64,000 nt of DNA from an uncultured Nitrospiraceae bacterium (GCA_963706325.1 CAVPLT010000001.1:896001-960000), one strand, 5' to 3'; shown: positions 9,600 to 19,723, numbered from the stretch's first letter. Notes: generated by a model from the sequence alone, not told the origin. Program-made: numbers and translations.

Positions 9600-11900
9600 T
9601 TACAACTTCAGGGACGGCGCGGTTTCGATCGGTAGGGTGAAACAGAACTGAGTACCGACACCCAACTGGCTCTCGACCCAGATCTGCCCCCCATGGAGAC
9701 CGACGAGACTCTTGGTAATGAAGAGGCCGAGCTGGGCCCCTTGTGATGTCGGCATCGCCGATTCCACCTTAGAGAATTCGTTAAACACCTTGGTTATCTC
9801 GTGGGGCGCAATCCCGCACCCGGTATCGGATACTGCAATAAGCACGAACCCGTCGTCCCGGAGCTCACATTTCACGGAGACGTGTCCGGCCTTGGGAGTA
9901 AATTTTATGGCATTGCCGACAAGATTCCAAAGTATCTGTTCGAGTTTATCGCGATCGGCGCGAACCGTGAGGGCCTGGTCACAGGGGACGACCTCCAACT
10001 CCATAGACTTCTCGGCGGCGAGGGTTTGAAAACTTTCTACGACATCCGTCACGAATTCGGCGACGCGTAGCGGTTCGGGTTTGATGTCGATGCGCCCGAC
10101 ATCCAGCCTCGACCAGTCCAATAGCTGATTGATGATTCGGGTGAGACGATCCACATTGTGTTTGATTCTCTGCAGATAATGCCCTTGCCGGTCAGACAGT
10201 TCACCGGTCAGCCCGTCCAACATGTTCTCAACGAATCCCTTAATAGACGTCATCGGCGTGCGCAATTCATGGGAGGCGACCGACACGAACTTCGAACGCC
10301 GTCGATCGTGCTCCTGAAGACGCTCGTTCACCGTCTGTAGTTCATGGGTTCGGTCCTGCACGCGCCGTTCGAGATGTTCCGTCAAGGCGGCCAGTTCAGA
10401 ATAGGCCCGTGCATTGTCCACTGCCACAGCTACGTGGCTGGCAATCGTCGCCAGGAGCTCCAGGTCTTCCTGCGTACAAGGCAGGGTCCTGCGATCGGCG
10501 CCTAAGTATCCGAGTATCCTTTGCTGACTACGGAGCGGTACCCCGACGAAGGAGAAAATTCCCATGTGGCGAAGCAGCGGCAGCACCGTGGGCGAGATGC
10601 GGTCGGCGACCGTGTCCAAGTTCGCCACCAGCAGCGGTTTGCCGTGGGTCAACAGGTCGGCCGCAAGGCCTCCGTCATCGCGGACTGGAATCGTCAATTG
10701 TCGGACCGTCGCTTCGTCCTCGGGCAGCATGCCAAAGACCTGTCCCACCGTCGCAAGTCCGCGCTCGTTATCCCACAGAAACAGGATCATTCTCGCGAAT
10801 CCCAAATTTTTGCTGAGTAACTCCAAGACCGTAGCTAGGAGCCTGTCCAGGTCGAGTGTGGAAGTGAGTGCGGCGCTGGATTGATTCAATGTCGTCAATT
10901 GGGTGACATGTCTTCTGATCGTATCCACGTTGGTGGAGATGGCCTGATCGCGTTCCTGGAGTGATTTGGTCATGAGATTGAAGAGCGTGGTCAATTGGCC
11001 CACCTCGTCCTGCGTCGTCGGCACGACAAAGGTGGAGAGATCGCCCTCCCCGACTTTCCGTGCACCGGCGGCGAGATTGCGCAAGGGAGTAATGATACGG
11101 CGAGCCAGAAAGTTGGTGAGCACGATGCCGGTCGTGATGATGCCCAACGTGAGGAAAAGAAAATTACGAAGGATCTTCGACAATTCGCGCTGCATCGGCA
11201 TCTCGGTCAGGCCGATTTGGACCACGCCGAAGGCTTGCGGGGCCGGCTGAGAGACTCCGCCTTTCCGGGTCTCTTCGTCTTGAAGCGCCAAGGCGTCAAG
11301 ACGAGATTCTGTACGTTTCAGGACAGGAATCGCGAAATCATAAAAGGTTTCCTCTCGAATGCCGGCTGTCGAGAAGGAAAGCGCCGAGTCCTGCTCGGTG
11401 ATCGGAATGGTACCGGAGCCACTGAGTCGGAGGCGCGTGATGATTGGTTCCGTGGGCGGGCGCTTGACCACTAATTCCGCAATGTCAGGACGAGGGTAGA
11501 ACGGCTGCTCGGTCGAGCGAACAGTAACGAGCGGGTTGATGAGTTTGCCCTTGCTTTTTGCGGCGAGGACTTGGCCATCACCGCCGGTGATCATCGCATA
11601 GACCACCTCATCGACTCCCATGACTCCATCAATGAATTGCTCCAGAATGACGCGTTCTTCAATGATGATTCCATACCGCACGTTGTGGGCGAGGTTCTTC
11701 ACCAGCACGGCCCCCAAATCCCTCACACGCTCAGTCATGGCGAGCCGCTTGGTGTAAATGAAGTACCAGCTCATTCCTGAGCAGGTCAAAATAATGATCA
11801 GGCTAAAAAACACCACGAATTTCGTCCGGAGACTGATGAATCGTCCCAATCCGCTCGGGAGAAATGGCGGTTTGATGAGGTGAATGGCGGGGCTCTTCAC
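9600..11900 (-). CDS. membrane sensor histidine kinase (periplasmic sensor-HAMP-GAF-HisKA-HATPase)
   Basis: Two TM helices, HAMP (PLRNLAAGARKVGEGDL...DEVGQL), GAF, SHELRTP H-box, NAIKFT; GTG 11900 preceded by AAGGA. Confidence 0.92.
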   Translation of the reverse strand: MKSPAIHLIKPPFLPSGLGRFISLRTKFVVFFSLIIILTCSGMSWYFIYTKRLAMTERVRDLGAVLVKNLAHNVRYGIIIEERVILEQFIDGVMGVDEVVYAMITGGDGQVLAAKSKGKLINPLVTVRSTEQPFYPRPDIAELVVKRPPTEPIITRLRLSGSGTIPITEQDSALSFSTAGIREETFYDFAIPVLKRTESRLDALALQDEETRKGGVSQPAPQAFGVVQIGLTEMPMQRELSKILRNFLFLTLGIITTGIVLTNFLARRIITPLRNLAAGARKVGEGDLSTFVVPTTQDEVGQLTTLFNLMTKSLQERDQAISTNVDTIRRHVTQLTTLNQSSAALTSTLDLDRLLATVLELLSKNLGFARMILFLWDNERGLATVGQVFGMLPEDEATVRQLTIPVRDDGGLAADLLTHGKPLLVANLDTVADRISPTVLPLLRHMGIFSFVGVPLRSQQRILGYLGADRRTLPCTQEDLELLATIASHVAVAVDNARAYSELAALTEHLERRVQDRTHELQTVNERLQEHDRRRSKFVSVASHELRTPMTSIKGFVENMLDGLTGELSDRQGHYLQRIKHNVDRLTRIINQLLDWSRLDVGRIDIKPEPLRVAEFVTDVVESFQTLAAEKSMELEVVPCDQALTVRADRDKLEQILWNLVGNAIKFTPKAGHVSVKCELRDDGFVLIAVSDTGCGIAPHEITKVFNEFSKVESAMPTSQGAQLGLFITKSLVGLHGGQIWVESQLGVGTQFCFTLPIETAPSLKL

Positions 11901-11913
11901 GGAGGTCCTTTCA

Positions 11914-12918
11914 TCAATAAAGCTCGTCGGCCTTACTCTCGAGGTCCTTGGGAATCTCGATTTCAAGGAACTTGGCGGTCTTGAGGTTGAGGCTCATTTC
12001 TATGCGGTTTGGGTGCAAGGGCCGCATGGGCAGCGCGACCTGGCCGTCGATAATCTTGCGGGCGAGAGTGCCGGCTTGGCGTCCGATATCGCCGTAGTTG
12101 ACGGAGAGGCACAGAAAGGCGCCGCTTCTCGCAAATTCACGGGAGAATCCGATGACCGGTACACGTTCTTCCAGGGCCGTGTTCAAGATAAATCGTAGGG
12201 ACTCATCGGTCACGACCGTGGAGTCGGGGACGAGCCACAAAGCCTTCACTGAAGGCAGCAATGCGCGTAACGCGCTGGGGACATCCCGCTCGCTCGTGAC
12301 TTGAGTCGGAACGAGGTCGATACCGTTCGATTTGAGCACGCGCTTGGCCTCCTCGATAAGGAGGGCCGTCTTGGACGGATCATACAGCGTGCCGATATGT
12401 TTCACATTGGGGAGCACTGCCCGGATCGTCGCCAGTTGCCGTTCAATCGGTACCTCCAGGAGAATGCCGGTCATGTTCGGAGTGTTGAGCCCATACTTCG
12501 CCGGGTCCAGTACCATCGAATAGACCACTGGGATGTCGACGATCTCCAGTTGTGCGGCCTTCGCGGCCTTTAACCCGATTGCGAACACGAGGGCAGGATC
12601 GACTGCCCGGATCTTGCGTGCTAATTTCCGGCCCTTCTCCAAATCACCCTGCAAATCATACTCGGAAAGCACGATGCCGCCAGGCAGGGCGGCTTTGAAT
12701 CCGCTGAGCGCCTGGTTATAGGCGGCGATGTCGGATGATTTGAGAATGACAATGTCCGTTGCCGACACCACGGCAGGGCAGAAGAACAACCAGAGGACGA
12801 GCCAGTGGCGTAGTCGCCCAGTCGCACGGGCCATGGTCGCGTGATGGTGTGACCGCACGGGTGTCACGAGTGACGTCCTTGATGAATCCGCCTGTTTCAT
12901 GTGTAGGCGCTGAGTCAT
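11914..12918 (-). CDS. ABC-type substrate-binding-like periplasmic protein
   Basis: Signal-like segment, IGTLYDP, LWLVPDS, NLKTAKFLEIEIP C-terminus typical of the ABC_sub_bind family; start uncertain. Confidence 0.82.
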   Translation of the reverse strand: MTQRLHMKQADSSRTSLVTPVRSHHHATMARATGRLRHWLVLWLFFCPAVVSATDIVILKSSDIAAYNQALSGFKAALPGGIVLSEYDLQGDLEKGRKLARKIRAVDPALVFAIGLKAAKAAQLEIVDIPVVYSMVLDPAKYGLNTPNMTGILLEVPIERQLATIRAVLPNVKHIGTLYDPSKTALLIEEAKRVLKSNGIDLVPTQVTSERDVPSALRALLPSVKALWLVPDSTVVTDESLRFILNTALEERVPVIGFSREFARSGAFLCLSVNYGDIGRQAGTLARKIIDGQVALPMRPLHPNRIEMSLNLKTAKFLEIEIPKDLESKADELY

Positions 12919-12923
12919 ACCGG

Positions 12924-15900
12924 CTATCTCGGCCCTTTCGCCTCCTGCACGATGCCAAAGACGCGCATGGCCTGGCCCTTCTGGTCTCGATGGATTCGTC
13001 CGGTCCATGCCAACCAGTACATGGTCCCATTCGGCCTGACAACGCGATGTCGAATGTTGATGGAGGTCTGATCGGACAGACTGTGAGTGATACTTGCCAT
13101 GACCGTGGCTTGATCTTCGAGATACATGGCGTGGATCCATGCGGCGTAGTTCCCCAGGAAGGAACCGGCCGTCAGGCCGAACAGGGCCTCGACCTGTTCG
13201 GACCAATAGACCGCACCGGTGCGCACGTCCCAATCCCAAATGCCGACCTCGCACGCGGTAAGTGCCATCCGCAATCGCTCCTCGCTGACACGTAGTTGCG
13301 TCTCCGATCGTTTTCGCTCCGTGATGTCGGTAGAGATCCCACACATGGCCGAGACGTTTCCGGCCTGGTCGAAGATCGGGACTTTTATGGATAGGTAGGC
13401 ATGGGGGCCGTCGGCGTGCGGTGCGTACTCTTCGATTTCAAACGGTTTGCCGTGTGTGAGGACCCATTGGTCATTGGTTCGAAATGCATCGGCAAAGTCC
13501 TTCGAAAAAATATCGTGATCGGTCTTGCCGATAACCTGGTCGGAGCTGAGATGGAAGATCTGCTCGAATTGCTTGTTGACCATGAGGTATCGCCCGTCGC
13601 GTTGCTTCGCATAGATGGCCGTGGTGGAATTGTTGATGACGGACCGGAGCAGTTCCTCGCTGCGGTGAAGCGCGTTCTCAGCGCGTTTGCGCTCGGTGAT
13701 GCATTGCAGAGAGCCAGCCATGCGTAGGGCTTGGCCCTTTTCGTCGCGCTGCACCACTTCGGCACGAGCATGCACCCATCGATAGTCGCCCTGCTTGTCC
13801 AGCAGACGGTACTCGATGTCGTATGGAGGTCTGCCCGGTTCGAGGCAGGCGGAGAGACGCTGGACCACTCTTCTCCGATCGTCAGGATGCAGTCGAGATA
13901 TCCAGCTCTCTAGAATGTCGGGAAACTCCTGCTGGTTGTACCCCAACATGTCACGCACACGTGGTGACCACCAGACAGGTGTAGACGGTGAGTTCCATGG
14001 TCGTCCCGGCAGCACATGACTGTCCCAGAACCCGTCGGTCGACCCGCGGATGACCGATTCCAGTCGCTCCTCGCTGGCATGTAGGGATTCCTGGACTCGT
14101 TTGTAGTCGGTGATGTCGCGGGAGATGGCCAGCAGGCGGCGGACATGGCCCTTTGCATCGAGCATGGGCGTCACTTGCACGTCCCACCATTTCGCCTCTC
14201 CCGTGGTGGTCGGGCAAAATCCCACGAATTTCCCCATTTCACCGGCCCTTGCCGCTTCCAGGGCAGCGAGCGCGGCATTGCGATCATCGCCTTCCCAAAA
14301 ATCTCCCCAGGGCTTATTGATGTATGTGCTGATGTCCGTGATGCCGAGTAGTGTTTGCCCAGTGTCGTTCATGTACTGTAGCCGTCCATCCAAATCCAGC
14401 ACCTTCATGCAGTCGGCGCTGCTGCGCAGGATTTGATTGGTGAGCTCCTCGCTGTTGCGCAGCGCGAGTTCGGCTTCCTTCATGGCCGTAATGTCCTCGC
14501 ACACCATGAGGAGGACCGGGCCCTGGTGCTCATTCGGGACGCCCTGCGCGGTGATACGCGCCCAGATCACGCGGCCGTCCTTGTGGACTTTGCGCACCTC
14601 CCATCGCCCGGGTTGGCTCATGTCCGAGAGACAAGCCGCGAGATGTCGGCGTACGGCGTCGCCATCGTCCGGATGGAATACATCCATGACCTGCCTCCCG
14701 AGCAGTTCTTCTACTCGGTAGCCAAGCCGCTCAGCCCCGCAGCGGTTCACCGACAGCACCGCGCCTTCTGCGTCCACCATGAAGTACATGGAGGGATTGT
14801 CGTCGAACAGCACCCGGTATCGTTGTTCGCTCTCGATCAGCGCGGCCTCGACGCGCTTGCGATCGGTCACATCCTCGGCCAAGCCTACGATACGGTAGAC
14901 CGTTCCCGAGGCATCGCGAATCGGATACGCTCGGTCCCAGATCCATCGAATCGATCCGTCGGGACGTACAATCCGATACTCTTCGCGATACGTGCCCTGT
15001 CCCTGCCGGGCGACGGCGGTTGTGATGCGCTGCCGGTCCTCCGGATGAATCGCCTCCATCCAAGAATGAGGCGAGGCGTAGACGCTCTCGCAGGAGCGCC
15101 CCCAGGCGTCCTCGTATCCTGGGCTAATGTAGATCATTCGATCTTTGGTGTGATTGGTAATCCAGAACACTTCACTGATGTGTTCCGCCAGCTGACGAAA
15201 CCGCTCCTGGCTTTCCTCGACGGCTTGTTCTGCCTCCTTTCGTTCGGTGATATCGCGGAATACCACGACGGCTCCCGCAACGACACCCTTCTCGATAATC
15301 GGGGTGCAGACATACTCCACGGGCATGCTTGTGCCATCTTTCCGCCAAAAGACGTCGCTTGTAATACGATGGATCAAGCCGTCTCGCAGGGACGTATAGA
15401 TCGGGCACTCCTCGGCCGGATAGGGGCTTCCGTCAGGCCGAGAGTGATGGAGGAGTGCGTGCATCGGTCGTTCGACCAGTTCGGAAGGCTCGTAGCCGAG
15501 CGACCAAGCCGCCGTCGGATTGACGAAAGTCGTCAGGCCGGCGCCATCCAGGCCATAGATTCCCTCGCCTGCTTGCGTAAGAATCACTTCGTGCAAATGG
15601 CGGAGGCGGTCGAGAATTTCTTCAGCTAGGCGGCGTTGAGTGATGTCACGAATGATGCCGCTGTAGAAGACGGCGTCGGCCGTTTTCCATGTGGCCAGCG
15701 ACAGTTCCAGCGGAAATTCGCTCCCGTCCTTTCGTAATCCTTCCAGCTCAACCAAGCGACCGATTAGCCGGGATTGGCCTGCTTCACCGAGGCGGGTCAG
15801 GCCGCGGCCATGGGCCGCGCGGTAGCGCAGGGGCATCAACATGGTGAGGGGATGCCCGACCACTTCTTCATCGGCATATCCGAAAAGCTTCGACGCAGCT

Positions 15901-16412
15901 CGATTCCAGGAGAGAATGTTGCCGTGGTGATCGGCCAGCACAATGGAGTCGGTCGCCGCTTCGACCAGCGACTGAAATCGCGCTTCGCTCTCGCTCAGCG
16001 CATGTTCAGCATGCTCGGCTTTAGCGGCCAAAGCCTGAACGCCCACCGCCCGTTGCAGGATTGCACGCAATTCATCTCGATTGTAGGGTTTCGTAAGATA
16101 AGCGAACGCGCCTTGTGTCAGCGATCCGACTGTACGATCGGTGCTCGTGTAGGCGGTGAGGATGATCACCGGCAGCTGTGGTTGAAGTTCGTGCAAGGTC
16201 CTGAGCACCGAAGATCCGTCTCCATCCGGTAGTCCCAAATCCAGGAGCACGGCGTTATAGTGGTGCTCATGTGCCTGTGAAATTGCCTCGGCGCAGGTGC
16301 CTGCCACGCTGACCTCATAACCGTCGTGATCGAGAAAATCCTGCAGGGCAAGGACGATATCCGGATCGTCATCCACAACGAGAATGGAGTGAGCCAATGT
16401 TGTCGGTGACAT
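12924..16412 (-). CDS. REC + eight PAS/PAC domain protein without output domain
   Basis: N-terminal REC, then 8 PAS-PAC repeats separated by DITxRK linkers; ends without HisKA/GGDEF; GGAGG RBS before ATG 16412. Confidence 0.88.
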   Translation of the reverse strand: MSPTTLAHSILVVDDDPDIVLALQDFLDHDGYEVSVAGTCAEAISQAHEHHYNAVLLDLGLPDGDGSSVLRTLHELQPQLPVIILTAYTSTDRTVGSLTQGAFAYLTKPYNRDELRAILQRAVGVQALAAKAEHAEHALSESEARFQSLVEAATDSIVLADHHGNILSWNRAASKLFGYADEEVVGHPLTMLMPLRYRAAHGRGLTRLGEAGQSRLIGRLVELEGLRKDGSEFPLELSLATWKTADAVFYSGIIRDITQRRLAEEILDRLRHLHEVILTQAGEGIYGLDGAGLTTFVNPTAAWSLGYEPSELVERPMHALLHHSRPDGSPYPAEECPIYTSLRDGLIHRITSDVFWRKDGTSMPVEYVCTPIIEKGVVAGAVVVFRDITERKEAEQAVEESQERFRQLAEHISEVFWITNHTKDRMIYISPGYEDAWGRSCESVYASPHSWMEAIHPEDRQRITTAVARQGQGTYREEYRIVRPDGSIRWIWDRAYPIRDASGTVYRIVGLAEDVTDRKRVEAALIESEQRYRVLFDDNPSMYFMVDAEGAVLSVNRCGAERLGYRVEELLGRQVMDVFHPDDGDAVRRHLAACLSDMSQPGRWEVRKVHKDGRVIWARITAQGVPNEHQGPVLLMVCEDITAMKEAELALRNSEELTNQILRSSADCMKVLDLDGRLQYMNDTGQTLLGITDISTYINKPWGDFWEGDDRNAALAALEAARAGEMGKFVGFCPTTTGEAKWWDVQVTPMLDAKGHVRRLLAISRDITDYKRVQESLHASEERLESVIRGSTDGFWDSHVLPGRPWNSPSTPVWWSPRVRDMLGYNQQEFPDILESWISRLHPDDRRRVVQRLSACLEPGRPPYDIEYRLLDKQGDYRWVHARAEVVQRDEKGQALRMAGSLQCITERKRAENALHRSEELLRSVINNSTTAIYAKQRDGRYLMVNKQFEQIFHLSSDQVIGKTDHDIFSKDFADAFRTNDQWVLTHGKPFEIEEYAPHADGPHAYLSIKVPIFDQAGNVSAMCGISTDITERKRSETQLRVSEERLRMALTACEVGIWDWDVRTGAVYWSEQVEALFGLTAGSFLGNYAAWIHAMYLEDQATVMASITHSLSDQTSINIRHRVVRPNGTMYWLAWTGRIHRDQKGQAMRVFGIVQEAKGPR

Positions 16413-16444
16413 GCCATCCTCCCGAGTCCCGGAGGGCTCGTACG

Positions 16445-18460
16445 CTAAAATCTTAGGGTCAACCATCCCATCACCCTGCTGCCGATCGTCTCGCCGAGGG
16501 GGTATTCCTGATGTTTGTCGTTGAGTGCGTTATATGCGGACACGGCCACTTCCGCCTTCTCGTGCCAAAACCGATAACCTGCGCGTAGGTTCAAGAGGTT
16601 GTAGGCCCCGACGTTTGGGTTCGGCAGCGTCACAAGGGAGAGGGGGGCTGAGAAAATGTAGTGAATGATTGCCCCGGTGGATAGCTCGCCGATCCATAAT
16701 AATGAAAGATCGCTTCGGCGTTGAGCCCATTGTCCCATTCGCCCCGCATCCCGATGTTGAATTTGTTGTGAGGGGCGGCCCGTTGGATGCGACCGGTGAA
16801 CGTTTGGTGGATGTCCTGGTACGAGTAGTTCACGAAATCCGGTCAGCCACTTAGTGGCGAGAATTTCAACCCCGACTTCTCCGCCATAGATATCCGCAGA
16901 GTGGTTATCGTTGGTATAGGTTGCCACCGTCGGAGACTGATCGCGTACGCTGATGAGGTCTGAGATATGATTGTAAAAGGCGTCGGCACGAACCAGGATC
17001 CGGTGGCGCCAGTACCATCCTTGGTATCCCAACTCGTAGGAGATGATCTGCTCTGGTGAAAGGCTCTGGCCTCCCACTATTGATGTCGATAGTGGGGGCA
17101 CCGGCGGGTTCGTGTTCACCTGCGCATTCGCCTTCTTTTCGAGAAGCGTTGGAGGTCGATAGGCCACTGAACCGGACACCCGAAAGGTATGATTCGGAGC
17201 TGGTGTATACAGGAGCGCTACGCGAGGACTAACGGTCGAATTAATAAAGGTGTCCATGTCATAACGAAATCCAGCCTGCAAGCTAAGTGGCTGAGCGAGC
17301 TTCCACTCATCCTGGAGAAAGAATCCCAGTCTATTCTCTGTACTGTATTGCGAGATGTCACTGCTCGACAGAGTATTGAGACGGTAGTTCAGACCATAGG
17401 TCACCCGATTGCTAGGTAGCATTTCAAGAGAATGTTGGACGTCAATATTATAGGTATTAGCCAAGAACGATGAGGTCGGCGACCCGTCCCCAGCATTGTA
17501 ACTGAGAAACGGTGCAAGGGGAGGCTGGAACCTCACAATCGATGTGGCGTTGTATTGATTCCAGAACGCTCGCACAAAGAAGTCACGTCGTTCATAGGCA
17601 ACACTGGCGTATCCCTGTACCGGTTTCTGAGAAGTCGTGACATCCTGACTCACACCGAAATTGAACGCATTGGAATCAACGAGTCCGCCTGAGACCTTGA
17701 TCTTTGACTCTGCCGACAGAGCATATTCGGTCAAGACATTGAACAGATTATCCCGAAAGGCCAAGGAACTGCTGTTACTCCAGGAGGCGTTCTGATTGTG
17801 ACCGATGGAAAGACGATAGCCAAACTTGTCCACCGTTCCGGCCTGGATCGCGGAGGCCATGATGGTCCCATAGCTTCCGCCTCCGAATTGCAAAGTGGTC
17901 CCCTTCATATCTTCTGGAGACTTCGTGATGATGTTGATGACTCCATCAAACGCGTTAAATCCCCACACCGCTGCCGCCGGTCCCTTCAACACTTCAATCC
18001 GCTTAATCTCCGGCAGTGTTACCGGCAATGCTTTCCAGTTCACCGTTCCCTGTACGTCGTTATAAATTGATCGTCCATCCACCATGACCAACAGTTTGTT
18101 GGCTCCCGTTTGATTGTCTCCGCGCACACTCACGTTGAAATCTGCGCCATTCATTTGCATGACTTCCATCCCGGGGATGCGCCGGAGCAGGGTTGGTATG
18201 TCGATGGCACCCGAATGCCGGATGTCTTCGTCTGTAATCACATAAACATTCGATGGCGCCTGAGAGATCGGTTGCTCATAGCGACTGGCGATGCTGACCG
18301 TTTCCTCTTCCTTCAGTAGTTCGAGTTCTTGACTCGCCTCAACGGGCACCGGCTCGGGCCTCTCAGGTGCAGCAGATTCTGCCCATGCACTGCCGGTTAA
18401 GCCGACCATCAGTGCCGCCGCGAGCACTGGATGACCTGATCGCTGGAGCTCAGCCTGCAT
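16445..18460 (-). CDS. TonB-dependent receptor (two compensating indels near the 3' end)
   Basis: Plug motifs (PSNVYVIT, LLVMVDGRS, IKRIEVLKGP, GVINIITK), beta-barrel, C-terminal Phe; barrel-like text continues in another frame at 16630-16833. Confidence 0.88.
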   Translation of the reverse strand: MQAELQRSGHPVLAAALMVGLTGSAWAESAAPERPEPVPVEASQELELLKEEETVSIASRYEQPISQAPSNVYVITDEDIRHSGAIDIPTLLRRIPGMEVMQMNGADFNVSVRGDNQTGANKLLVMVDGRSIYNDVQGTVNWKALPVTLPEIKRIEVLKGPAAAVWGFNAFDGVINIITKSPEDMKGTTLQFGGGSYGTIMASAIQAGTVDKFGYRLSIGHNQNASWSNSSSLAFRDNLFNVLTEYALSAESKIKVSGGLVDSNAFNFGVSQDVTTSQKPVQGYASVAYERRDFFVRAFWNQYNATSIVRFQPPLAPFLSYNAGDGSPTSSFLANTYNIDVQHSLEMLPSNRVTYGLNYRLNTLSSSDISQYSTENRLGFFLQDEWKLAQPLSLQAGFRYDMDTFINSTVSPRVALLYTPAPNHTFRVSGSVAYRPPTLLEKKANAQVNTNPPVPPLSTSIVGGQSLSPEQIISYELGYQGWYWRHRILVRADAFYNHISDLISVRDQSPTVATYTNDNHSADIYGGEVGVEILATKWLTGFRELLVPGHPPNVHRSHPTGRPSQQIQHRDAGRMGQWAQRRSDLSLLWIGELSTGAIIHYIFSAPLSLVTLPNPNVGAYNLLNLRAGYRFWHEKAEVAVSAYNALNDKHQEYPLGETIGSRVMGWLTLRF

Positions 18461-18472
18461 CACATCACTCAC

Positions 18473-18920
18473 CCAGAACCGTAGCGTGAGCCATCCCAGT
18501 ACCCGCCTGCCGATGATGTCGCCCAGTGGAGGCTCCCAAGGGATCTGATTGGCAAATCGTTGATGCCGCCTCGCGCGCTGACGTTAAAATCGGCGCCGGA
18601 CACCTGCATGATATCCAGACCGGGCACGGGCCGGAGCACGGTGGGAATGTCGGTTGCGCCGGAATGCCGAATATCCTCATCCGTGATGACATAGACGTTG
18701 GAGGGTGACTGGGAAATAGGTTGCTCGTAGCGGGTCGCGATGCTCACGGTTTCTTCTTTGAGAAGTTCGAGCGCGTCGTTCGCACGCCCCTTCTCTGTCG
18801 GGACGGAAAGAGCAGGCGAGTCCTCAGCCTGGGTCGCAATGGCGCTACACAAGGTTAAGATCCCTCCCCAGATGAGGAGGCAGGCAGTGACGAACGGTTG
18901 GTGGTTGGGTGATCATCCAT
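18473..18920 (-). pseudogene. internally deleted paralog of the adjacent TonB-dependent receptor
   Basis: N-terminal plug (ELLKEETVSIATRYEQPISQSPSNVYVITDEDIRHSGA) joined, in another frame, to a C-terminal strand EPPLGDIIGRRVLGWLTLRF matching the neighbour's EYPLGETIGSRVMGWLTLRF. Confidence 0.8.
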
Positions 18921-18995
18921 AGGGTATCGATCAGCCTATGACGGAGGGCCTGCGCTGGGTGGAACGATGTGACAGGCCTGCATTCGAGCGCGCAT

Positions 18996-19011
18996 GGCAT
19001 ATCGGGTGCCC
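18996..19011 (-). promoter_or_regulatory. sigma54 (-24/-12) promoter
   Basis: Minus strand GGGCAC-CCGAT-ATGCC upstream of the TonB receptor operon. Confidence 0.55.
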
Positions 19012-19198
19012 CTTACCGACCGTTTCCGAATAGTCTGACGCGCGTCGAGGAACGAGACTTCAGTTTCAAGAAGATCTCTCGCAAGAGGCGTGCTTATGGA
19101 GTGGGTAAGGAGAGCGAAGGAATAGGCCGTACTATGAGGGAATGTAAGCGATTTTCTACGTCTTCTCGTAGGAAAAGCACAAAGGTCCAGGGCTGGCC

Positions 19199-19492
19199 CT
19201 AGGCGCGTATCTGACTGGATACAGACTGTATATCTTCAGATACAGGTGCCTCGTGAATTTTGCTGGTGCGAGGCCTGCCTGGTTTTAGGTCTTGAAGCCG
19301 GGGCGAAAAGGGCTGGCCATTCTGCGACTCAAGATTATGGAGAAAATCTTGGAGCGCCGATGAGATGAGGCCTGCCATGGTGGTGCCGGAGGTCCAGTAG
19401 GCGGCATCGCGCATACGCTCAAGGAGATCGGTCGGCAGACTCACAGTCATTCGCTGGCGTCTCGGGCTTCTTAAGTAAACAAATCGGTTCAT
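19199..19492 (-). CDS. putative ribbon-helix-helix DNA-binding protein
   Basis: RMTVSLPTDLLERMRDAA...TMAGLISSAL pattern resembles CopG/MetJ RHH; AAAGGAG RBS. Confidence 0.65.
   Translation of the reverse strand: MNRFVYLRSPRRQRMTVSLPTDLLERMRDAAYWTSGTTMAGLISSALQDFLHNLESQNGQPFSPRLQDLKPGRPRTSKIHEAPVSEDIQSVSSQIRA
19207..19243. promoter_or_regulatory. tandem GTATC-N6-GATAC palindromes, 21-bp period
   Basis: GTATC-TGACTG-GATAC (19207-19222) and GTATA-TCTTCA-GATAC (19228-19243). Confidence 0.6.
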
Positions 19493-19597
19493 GATGCAAC
19501 TCCTTTACGGGGATGAGCGAAGACAAGCCAATGGGTTCGCATGTTCCCTCACGATCAAGTCACGGAGGGCAGCTGCTCCTTCAGGGTAGCCGCAGGC

Positions 19598-19723
19598 TCA
19601 TACTCCCCCCTGGGGAGAATGGGAATCAGACTGGCGTGAGACGGGATCCTTCCGTACCGCGATGATTAGCAGGGCCAACATGCCGCTGGCTCCAATCAGT
19701 AGGCCACCCAAGACGAGTTCCAT
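19598..19723 (-). CDS. 41-aa single-pass membrane protein
   Basis: MELVLGGLLIGASGMLALLIIAVRKDPVSRQSDSHSPQGGV; strong AGAAAGGAG RBS; below the ORF-track cutoff. Confidence 0.6.
   Translation of the reverse strand: MELVLGGLLIGASGMLALLIIAVRKDPVSRQSDSHSPQGGV

Noticed and set aside
12919..13344. Long N-terminal extension of the substrate-binding protein ORF
   Set aside because: It overlaps the REC-PAS gene in another frame and has no protein-like features.
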